From Octopus bimaculoides (lineage: Eukaryota), in contig NC_069001.1 of assembly GCF_001194135.2 (NCBI RefSeq), positions 12,620,399-12,664,053 on the forward strand: a DNA stretch of 43,655 nt, given 5' to 3'. Below the pieces are notes generated by a model that searched no databases, had not been told where the DNA came from, and saw only the letters and a program-made list of their open reading frames with translations. Positions within the stretch are counted from its first letter, which is position 1. Each line of letters starts with the position of its first letter. The translations under genes were made by a program, and so were the position numbers. Positions 34,852-43,655 of this stretch are shown here, piece by piece.

Positions 34852-35205
34852 AAAAGATACTACAGCAGCAAAAAAATACCACAGCAGCAAGAACATACCA
34901 CGACAGCGAAAAGATATCACAGCAGCGAAAAGACACCACAGCAGCAAAAAGATATCACAGCAGCAAAAAGATACCACAGCAGCAAAAAGATACCACAGCA
35001 GCAAAAAGATACCACAGCAGCAAAAAGATACCACAGCAGCAAATNNNNNNNNNNATACCACAGCAGCAAAAAGATACCACAGCAGCAAAACGATACCACA
35101 GCAGCAAAAAGATACCACACCAGCAAAACGATACCACAGCAGCAAAAAGATACCACAGCAGCAAAAAGATACCACAGCAGCAAAAAGATACCACAGCAGC
35201 AAATC
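34852..35205. repeat. 19-bp minisatellite (aaaaagataccacagcagc), about 18 units, with a 10-N gap inside
   Basis: Directly visible; it explains the 19-aa periodic ORFs (YHSSKKIPQQQKDTTAAKR). Confidence 0.97.
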
Positions 35206-35384
35206 TGACAGCAGCAGCATTAGTAAACATATTTACAATAACAACAACTTAATAGCAACTCGACTACTACTATTGTTGTTGCTAAAGATGCTGCTGCTGT
35301 TGTTGTTGATTCTTATGCTGCTGATGGTAATGTAGTTGCTGCTACTGTTGATGATGATGTAGTTGTTGTTGATGCTGTGTTTTC

Positions 35385-35480
35385 GTTTCTTAATCTTTTA
35401 TTTATGTTTTGAATTGTTTCAATCATTGGACGACGGCCACGTTGGGCGGGTGGGGGGCATGTACCGCCTTGAAGCGTTGA
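35385..35480 (-). mobile_element. SINE family A, diverged tail
   Basis: ttgtttcaatcattggacgacggccacgttgg...gtaccgccttgaag is the reverse complement of the A tail. Confidence 0.55.
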
Positions 35481-35652
35481 AAGACATCATAAATTCTGAA
35501 ACGTACGTCATGCCATGTAGCCTAAGATAGCCACGGCGAACTAAGCAAATTTCAGCTGCTATTTCTAGGAGGCCATGCGACCTCATAAAAGCTCACTTAC
35601 TCGTTCGTTGCTGCTGTTCACATAGAATCTAGTTATTAATGTAGCAGCAAAC

Positions 35653-35820
35653 GCAGGCATGGTTGTGTGGTTAAGAAGCTAGCTTTGCATCCACGTGGTG
35701 TCTGGTTCAATCCCACCAAACGGCACCTTGAGCCAGTGTTTTCTACAATACGCTCAGCAGACTACTGTCTTCTGAATGGATTTGATTGACAAAAGCTGTG
35801 TGGCAGTCAGTGGTGTACGT
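35653..35820 (+). mobile_element. SINE family A, diverged head running into (CA)n
   Basis: cgcaggcatggttgtgtggttaagaagctagctttgcatccacgtgg..ggttcaatcccac...ggcaccttgagccagtgttttctac. Confidence 0.8.
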
Positions 35821-35859
<39 letters not shown>

Positions 35860-36088
35860 AACACACACACACACATATGTATGTATGTATGTATGTATGC
35901 ATGTGTGTGTGCACGCGTGTGTGCGCGTATATGTATTTATGTGTGTATGAGTGTGTGTGTGCGTGTGTGTGTACGTACGCATGTGTGCATAGGTATATGC
36001 ATGTATGTTAATATGTATGCGTGCATATATATATATGTTCGTATGTATATATCTATACATGTATTTGTTTTTGCCTTTGTCTCCCACT

Positions 36089-36160
36089 GCCGTCGGGAAT
36101 CGAACTCACGACCTCTCGATCGCGAGCCGAATATTCTAGACTGTAAGCCATGTGTCGTCA
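36089..36160 (-). mobile_element. tRNA-like SINE head (family C), not a functional tRNA
   Basis: The minus strand reads gacacatggcttacagtctagaatattcggctcgcgatcgagaggtcgtgagttcgattcccgacggc. It has a T-arm/B-box GAGTTCGATTCC but no intact cloverleaf. Confidence 0.65.
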
Positions 36161-36244
36161 CTCTAGTAAAGTTGAATTAGGGTTAAAAGACGAAAAACTA
36201 TACCAACAAGAACTGTAAAAACAACAATATCGGTTTCAAATTTT

Positions 36245-36795
36245 GGCACAAGGCCCGCAGTCTCAGGGAAGAAGGATAGTATGTTACATCGATACCTAGG
36301 GCTCAACTGGTACTTATTTGATCGACCCCAAAATGATGAAAGTGATGTGGATCTCGGCAGCATTTGAACTCAGAACGTAAAGACAGACGAAATGTCACTA
36401 AATAAGTTTCTACTCTAAGCACAAGGCCCGAAATTTTGGGGGATGAAGCCTTGTCGATTAGATCGACCCCAGTACGCAACTGGTACTTAATTTATCAACC
36501 CCGAGAGGATGAAAGATAAAGTCGTCCTCGGCGGAATTTGAACTCAGAACCTAAAGACAGACGAAATGCCTATAAACATTTTCTTTTCTAATCTAGGCAC
36601 AAGGCCTGAAATTTTGGGGGAGGAAGCCTGTCAATTAGATCGACCCTGGTGCGTAACTGGTACTTAATTTATCAACCCCCAGAGGATGAAAGGCAAGGTC
36701 AACCTCGGCGGAATTTGAACTCAGAACGTAAAGACAAACGAAATATCTGCTAAGCCTTTTGCCTGTCGTGCTAAAGCTACTGCCAGCTTGCTGCC
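36245..36795 (-). mobile_element. Three head-to-tail SINE B units (short-tail variant)
   Basis: Units begin (plus strand) with gcacaaggcc at about 36245, 36418 and 36596. Only the last carries a complete head (to 36795). Confidence 0.92.
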
Positions 36796-36884
36796 TTACC
36801 AATTACAGCAATATCAGCTGGACTAACACATGAGAAACGGCAGCAACAACAGCAGCAGCAATTGCTCCTGCTGCAGCTGCAACG

Positions 36885-37060
36885 CCGGAATGCTTAGCGG
36901 TATTTCGTCTGTCTTTGTGTTCTGAGTTCAAATTCCACCGAGGTCGACTTTACTTTTTATCCTTCGGCGTCGATAAATTAAGCACCAGTTCCATACTAAG
37001 GGTCGACCTAATCGACTGGCCCCCTCCACCAAAATTTCGGGTCTTGTACCTAGAGTAGAG
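36885..37060 (+). mobile_element. SINE family B (short-tail variant), 5'-truncated
   Basis: atgcttagcggtatttcgtctgtc...gagttcaaattccaccgaggtcgac...aaaatttcgggtcttgtacctagagtagag is inverted relative to the trimer. Confidence 0.9.
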
Positions 37061-37619
37061 ATGATCTGCTTGAAATAACAGCCAAACTTTCATCCATTTA
37101 TGCGCTACAATCTTAAAAGCATGAAGGGAGCGGTAGAAAAACTACTTCCACAAAGTTACGCATGGTCTGAATTGGTCACGGTTTGAATATCTCAGTCATA
37201 TNNNNNNNNNNNNNNNNNNNNNNNNNNNNNNNNNNNNNNNNNNNNNNNNNNNNNNNNNNNNNNNNNNNNNNNNNNNNNNNNNNNNNNNNNNNNNNNNNNN
37301 NNNNNNNNNNNNNNNNNNNNNNNNNNNNNNNNNNNNNNNNNNNNNNNNNNNNNNNNNNNNNNNNNNNNNNNNNNNNNNNNNNNNNNNNNNNNNNNNNNNN
37401 NNNNNNNNNNNNNNNNNNNNNNNNNNNNNNNNNNNNNNNNNNNNNNNNNNNNNNNNNNNNNNNNNNNNNNNNNNNNNNNNNNNNNNNNNNNNNNNNNNNN
37501 NNNNNNNNNNNNNNNNNNNNNNNNNNNNNNNNNNNNNNNNNNNNNNNNNNNNNNNNNNNNNNNNNNNNNNNNNNNNNNNNNNNNNNNNNNNNNNNNNNNN
37601 NNNNNNNAAAGATATAATG

Positions 37620-37791
37620 GTGGTAGCGAGGTAAGGGCCGTGATTGTCAGCAATAGTAGTTGAGACATGATGATGAGGAGGAGGGGGAGGATAGCAGGAA
37701 GGGGACGAGGGGGAAGTAAGAGAAAGAGGAGAAAGAGGAGGGGCGAGTGTTGTTGATGGTGATATTGGTGCTGGTGGTAGTGGCCGTTGTC

Positions 37792-37830
<39 letters not shown>

Positions 37831-38760
37831 TTGATGATGATGATGATGGTAGTGGTAGTGGTGGTGGTGGTGGTGGTCATGATGATGAGGATCATGGTGG
37901 TGATGATGATAGTGAAAATGACGGTGTGACGGTGACACCAAATACGACGGTGATGTTGACAATAATGGTAGTGCTGGTGGTTGTAGAGTGGTGAGGTGGT
38001 GGTGGTGGTGGTAGTGGTGGTGGTGGTGGTGGTGGTGTTGGTGACGGTGGTGGTGGTGGTAGCGATAACGTTAGTGATGATGATGACGACGGCATCGGCG
38101 ACGACGATGACGATGACGATGATGATGATGATGGTGATGATAATGATCCACAATAAAATCACCCACAGCAGCTGTAAATATAGCAATAGCAACAACAATG
38201 AAAGCAAAAAACAAAAAAAAATTATGAACCAAGAGACCAATATCAATAACAACAATTACAAAACTACTGAAACGTTAGCAACAGTGTTATCAACATCGGC
38301 GGCCAAAACCAACACCCTTCGAAGACAACGAAAATAACAATAGCAACGAAACGGGTGCAATAACAACAGAAACATCATTAACGGCCAGAGTGACAATAGC
38401 AACAACGATAGCAACGATAAACTGAAGCAGCAACGATGAAGTCACAGCACTATAAACAACACTCGCAACAACATTATAAACTGCGGTGAGTATAGCAACA
38501 ACAATAGTGATATTAATTGCAACAATAGCAACAGCGCACAAATTATAGCAAATAACAGTAAGAAGGATAGCAACAGTGTTAACAAAAGAAATAGGTTCAA
38601 CGACGCCAGAGTAACACAAACAACTAAAATAGCCACACAAAAATATAATGACCACCGCAACGTGAATAGCAACAATAGTAATCGCAATAGCATTAACACG
38701 CGCGCAAACGAGAGAGAGAGCACCCCTTCCCCGTGTGGTAGCATTACTTGCTAGTAATAG
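37620..38760. repeat. Triplet-repeat and degenerate (AAC/AGC) low-complexity tract
   Basis: (GAT)n 37792-37845, (GGT)n 37995-38060, then caacaatagcaac-type degenerate repeats. Confidence 0.92.
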
Positions 38761-38849
38761 CAGGCAAGGCCTCATTTGAACCCTACGTTATTGCCTTTGA
38801 AATGAGGTTGCACTAGATATTGAGGGCCTAGCATCCTTTTCAAAAGACA

Positions 38850-39720
38850 TGAGGGCTACGGCCGGAATGTCGTTGATCGTAGATCTGTTTTGCCATCTTT
38901 TGCCTGGTGCTAAGTAGCAACGATAACAGCGGCATTACAAACAACTCTAGTGTGAATAATGAGCCAGCAACGCTAGTCGTTTAGCATTACCTAATCTGCT
39001 AGAAATAGCAGCTAAATTCCCCAACTTCTATTTTACTGTCTTTATTAAGGGAGGATGCAGTACTGTTCGCATAACCTTAAAAAGGAGGAATAGTCACGGC
39101 TAGAAAGTCTTTAATCAAATGTCTGATCGAACAAGGCTGATCTGGGGTAAAGAGGATAGAATATTAACAAGCATCACCAATGGCAATGAGGATCCAATAT
39201 AGGAGCCTGTATGTGGCATTTCGAATTCCTAGAAATAGAAACTAACTCTCCCTCAAATCACCGTCTTAAAACTGGATTCCTGGAAATTGAAAGGAAAAAA
39301 AAGTACATGCTGGACATGGTGGGAATGGCTTTGTCATGATTTTGCGCTGTCAAGGCTGACCTAAGGTCAAATAGTTAAACAACAAGACCACAGTAACAGT
39401 AACTGCATTGCAACTGAGAACAATAACAACGTTAGCAACAACCACGCCAATATCGCAGCATGGCACACATTAGCAACACTAGCAATAGCGTTTTTGATTC
39501 GACGAAGAAACGGTCGCTAAGTGGTCATGCGATGTGCTAGAAATAGCAGTGACATCAAGCTCCGTTCGCACCGATGTCGTCGTCGTGAACACAGAAGGAC
39601 TCTTTCGATAGTGTAGGCCTAGATATTGATAACGGACGCGATGGTCGTTGCTGGAATGCGATTTGATCGTAAGCTCGAGGACGACCTGGGGATAAAAAAA
39701 ACAACGAATAGGATGGCAGT
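38850..39720. mobile_element. Cluster of 3-4 decayed same-orientation copies of an old interspersed repeat (family D)
   Basis: ctagaaatagca(g) at 38999, 39229 (variant) and 39537. A ggctggaatg..tttgatc...gctgacctgggg-like block occurs at about 38865, 39095, 39320 and 39645. Confidence 0.65.
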
Positions 39721-39859
39721 GGCGAATGCTGCGATGCTGTATGCTTCACCCTACAGCAATAACATGAGCATCAGCAACAAAGAGCAACAGCAACTACAAC
39801 AACAATCAGATGACAACAACGAGAACAAGAATAACAAAACACGACCACCGTAAACACTA

Positions 39860-40050
39860 TTGCAGCTGCTGCTACTGTTCTGCCTGCTGCTGCTACTACT
39901 ACTATTACTACTACTACTAATAATAATAATAATACTAATAATAATGATAATAATAATAATAATAATATAAATACAGCAATAAATGGTATTAGTTTTACAA
40001 TTGTTACTACTACTACTACTACTACTACTACTATTACTGCTGCTGCTTCT
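39860..40050. repeat. Triplet tract (CTG/CTA/AAT)
   Basis: Directly visible. Confidence 0.95.
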
Positions 40051-40105
40051 GCTGCTATCATTGGCAGATAATAGATGTGCAGATACAAATTGTAGACGCA
40101 TTCTC

Positions 40106-40157
<52 letters not shown>

Positions 40158-40306
40158 GCGCACGTGCGTACGCACACACGCACTCAGGAACACAGGCGCA
40201 CGCGCGCGATGGCATCCACACGCAGTTTCCTACGCACATACGTTCATTGTCACATGCAAGTAACACACGCAGCTATGTGTGTACGCGCACATATATGCCT
40301 GCGTGC

Positions 40307-40350
<44 letters not shown>

Positions 40351-40930
40351 ACACACATATACATACATAGATATATATATATACGCATGTATACAAATAT
40401 ATATATATATATATATATACAAGCATAAACATATGCATATAATATACACATAGAGTAATAGTCTTGCATTATAATTATTGTATTGAACAAAATGCATTGC
40501 AATATTTTGCTACCAATCAATTGGTTTTGCGTTCAAATCTCAGTTACTAGAACTGTGTTTTTAATATATCGCGCATGTTACCATATCTAACTAGACGGGT
40601 GCTAGAATTCATACCATTGGTTGTTCGATTTTCTATATAGTCAATAGGAATGATCTCCCGTAAATGGATACCACTGATTAGCGATGGATCGATCAATCAA
40701 TAGATTTGTATTTTACCCACGCTGGGTAGTGGGGTATGTATCTTTTGAGATGGTTATGTTCAGGAAAAATACATTTATGTAATGACACACTGAGATATCA
40801 GCGGGTCGTGTGTATGTGTACCGACACGCAAAGAAGTATGAACACACACAAAACCATAAACACACCACACACACATACACACATATACATATATATATAC
40901 ATTCATACATGCATATGCACACATATATAA

Positions 40931-40961
<31 letters not shown>

Positions 40962-41459
40962 NNNNNNNNNNNNNNNNNNNNNNNNNNNNNNNNNNNNNNN
41001 NNNNNNNNNNNNNNNNNNNNNNNNNNNNNNNNNNNNNNNNNNNNNNNNNNNNNNNNNNNNNNNNNNNNNNNNNNNNNNNNNNNNNNNNNNNNNNNNNNNN
41101 NNNNNNNNNNNNNNNNNNNNNNNNNNNNNNNNNNNNNNNNNNNNNNNNNNNNNNNNNNNNNNNNNNNNNNNNNNNNNNNNNNNNNNNNNNNNNNNNNNNN
41201 NNNNNNNNNNNNNNNNNNNNNNNNNNNNNNNNNNNNNNNNNNNNNNNNNNNNNNNNNNNNNNNNNNNNNNNNNNNNNNNNNNNNNNNNTATATATATATA
41301 TATATATGAAGGCACATATAATTTGTGCCTATATATATGAGAGGCATGCATAGTTGCACACTGTCGTGGAAGAACCATTTTGGGTGGTGCTACGAACATA
41401 GTTTAGAGAGGAGGAGAAAACCACGTGCCAAGTATATATAGGGTAGGTTAACGACGAAT

Positions 41460-43210
41460 GTGAAACGGGTAACGGAATGGAGCGAGAGAGAGAAAGAAAG
41501 AAAGAGAGGGCCTGAGAAACTGAGAGACAGAGCGGGAAATATAGATATATAGATATAGATATAGATAAATAGATAGATAGATAGATAAGTAGGTAGATAG
41601 ACAGAGAGACAGTGTGAGGGAATGGATAAGTGAGAGAGCCAAAGAGCGAGAAGAGAGAAAGAGAGCCAGAGGGAGAGAAGAGAGACGAAGGGTATGAAAG
41701 AGAGAAGGATACTGAAAAGTGACAGGGAGATGGGAAAGAAAATGAAGTTGAACATTGAAGAATGAAGATGAATAAAAATCTATGTATGGAAAAGAATAAG
41801 TGAAAATGAATAAAGAGTAAACGAGTAGGAAGAATAATGAAGGGAAAAGAAAAGGAAAGATAGAATAAGAGAGAAAGTGAATGATTGGAAAGAAGGTAAG
41901 GGAAATGAAAAAAAGAAAATTAGAAAGAAGTGAAAGAGAGAGAGGGTGAAGTGAAGAAAAAAGATATAGAGAAAAAAAATGACGGAGTGATTAGAAACAC
42001 AGAGAAATAGAGAAGAAAGAGACGGAAAAGAGAGACAGAGAAAGAGAGAGAAAGAAAGGGAGAGAGAGACACAGAGAGAGAGAGGAGAAAGATTGAGAGA
42101 AAAATATAGAGAAGGGATTGAGTAGAAAGAGAGAGAAAAGGAAGAAAGTAAAAAGGAAGAAGTGATGAAACGAAGAAGATTGGAGTTCGTTAAAAAGTGA
42201 AAGATGAGAGAAAAAGACAGAAGGGAATGAAACAAGCGAGAAGAAGGAAGTGTGTTAGTTTGTGGGTGTTTTTAATTAATTAGTAAAAATTGATATATAA
42301 ACTGAAAGGAAGAGTAAAATATAAGCTTAAAGTGACATGAAACTAGAGATAAGCGGTGAAAAAGATAGATAGAGAAGTAGAGAGAGAGAAAGAGAGAAAG
42401 AGTGAAAGAGAGAGATCGAAAGAGTTAGGAAAAAGGGGACAAGAGAAAAGAAGAAAAAAATTATGGCAAACAAATTTTTTTTAAAAAAGCGAAAAATTAA
42501 GTTTATTTTCTATTTTGCATTATTTTCACCTGTGAGAATCAGTGAATGAAGAAATGCGTATAACGAGTAGAGAGATTGAATAACAGAATTAGAGAGACAT
42601 GAAGAAGAGATAGAAAAAAGTAGAAGGTGATAAATAGAGGAAATCTGGAGCGTAATAGCGAAAGAATATACGGAATGAAGAAAAAAAACGAGAGTGAAGG
42701 AATTCGGAAGAAAGAAAGAAAATAATGACTCTGAAAGATTTGAAGGGAAAAAAGACAATATATATATATATATANNNNNNNNNNNNNNNNNNNNNNNNNN
42801 NNNNNNNNNNNNNNNNNNNNNNNNNNNNNNNNNNNNNNNNNNNNNNNNNNNNNNNNNNNNNNNNNNNNNNNNNNNNNNNNNNNNNNNNNNNNNNNNNNNN
42901 NNNNNNNNNNNNNNNNNNNNNNNNNNNNNNNNNNNNNNNNNNNNNNNNNNNNNNNNNNNNNNNNNNNNNNNNNNNNNNNNNNNNNNNNNNNNNNNNNNNN
43001 NNNNNNNNNNNNNNNNNNNNNNNNNNNNNNNNNNNNNNNNNNNNNNNNNNNNNNNNNNNNNNNNATATATATATAATTTAAGTCAGTTAAACTGCTACAA
43101 AATACCCACAGATACACGTACACACATAAGGAATGAATGAGTTAGAGGGAGAAAGAGAGATACGATGAAAGAGAGGGGAAGAACAGAGACAAAAGAGAGA
43201 GAAAGAAGAA
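41460..43210. repeat. Purine-rich degenerate (GA/GAA) tract with a gap at 42775-43064
   Basis: The plus strand is overwhelmingly A/G. It gives the S/L/F-rich minus-strand ORFs. Confidence 0.92.
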
Positions 43211-43655
43211 AATAGCATAAAGCATTTTTTTTTATTTTGGTTTATTTTTGAAGGTATTCAAACTAATACAAAACAAAACACTCACGCTTGAATGTGTGCT
43301 TCTATGTAAATATATATGATTGTGTGTGTATGTGCGTGTGTGTGCCCGTATATATTTGTATACATGTATATGTGTTTGTGTGCCTGTACGTATATATTTG
43401 CATATATGTATATGTGTGTACATATATATGCATACATGTGTATACATATATATATATATGCAATTATTTTCTAATACATACGAGTACGCTCTGTCACTCT
43501 GACTTCTCTCTCTCCATCTCTTCTCCCTCATGCCCTCTCTTTCTCTCGCCCTCTCTCTCTCTCATACACACACATTCAATACACATCTCAGACTTCTGAC
43601 TAGAAAATCAACAATTGATAAAAGTATATTTGATTGCAGAGTGTTTTATATATAT

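Larger units (their letters stand above)
1..43655. repeat. Window-wide dense microsatellites: (TA)n, (CA)n/(TG)n, (GA)n/(CT)n, (TACA)n, (TAGA)n, (GTA)n, (GGT)n, (GAT)n, (CAG/CAA)n
   Basis: Directly visible, e.g. (AT)n 1-53, (TACA)n 93-134, (TA)n 2228-2280 and 4434-4521, (AGT)n 4068-4133, (TG)n 22917-22960, (CA)n 40089-40150. Most N-gaps abut (TA)n or (GA)n runs. Confidence 0.99.

Noticed and set aside
34852-35205. Regular 19-bp repeat as a CRISPR array or repeat protein
   Set aside because: There are no spacers and the context is eukaryotic. A 19-bp period is not a multiple of 3, so the periodic ORFs are incidental.
36089-36160. tRNA gene
   Set aside because: Only the T-arm/B-box is intact. 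The acceptor and D stems do not pair, consistent with a SINE head.
38770-38807. 11-bp imperfect inverted repeat, plus small hairpins near 29764 and 40715
   Set aside because: Short AT-rich stems are expected by chance. Rho-independent terminators are not relevant in this eukaryotic context.
8574-43140. ORFs containing X runs
   Set aside because: Artefacts of N-gaps at 2500-2549, 8760-9336, 12696-13205, 13965-14500, 15405-16273, 20701-21041, 21482-21491, 25399-25633, 35045-35054, 37202-37607, 40962-41288 and 42775-43064.

Overview
Repeat-saturated, AT-rich, essentially non-coding eukaryotic DNA from a gapped draft assembly (12 N-gaps, about 4.2 kb). The microsatellite load and the SINE families point, by inference and from recall, to a coleoid cephalopod, probably Octopus. 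None of the ORFs in the supplied track is a credible host protein: the long ones are translations of di-, tri- and tetranucleotide repeats or of N-runs. The only recognisable coding relics are two dead transposons that the ORF track mostly misses. One is an internally deleted mariner on the minus strand (2550-3451). The other is a heavily decayed ~1.8 kb Penelope-like retroelement of probable Naiad type on the plus strand (~26760-28560), showing RT motifs and the Cys-rich linker. Also present: a non-autonomous Helitron with both diagnostic termini (8360-9697, minus); more than 20 pieces of at least three tRNA-headed SINE families (labelled A, B, C here) plus a fourth older family (D); and hammerhead-ribozyme-like motifs, including a family with a non-canonical CUGUUGA core. 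SINEs repeatedly occur as close inverted pairs and as SINE-in-SINE nests. Several isolated splice-site-bounded segments are weak exon candidates only. I found no clear-cut novel system. The best leads are the variant-core hammerhead repeats, the Naiad-like relic and the inverted SINE pairs that could form dsRNA.
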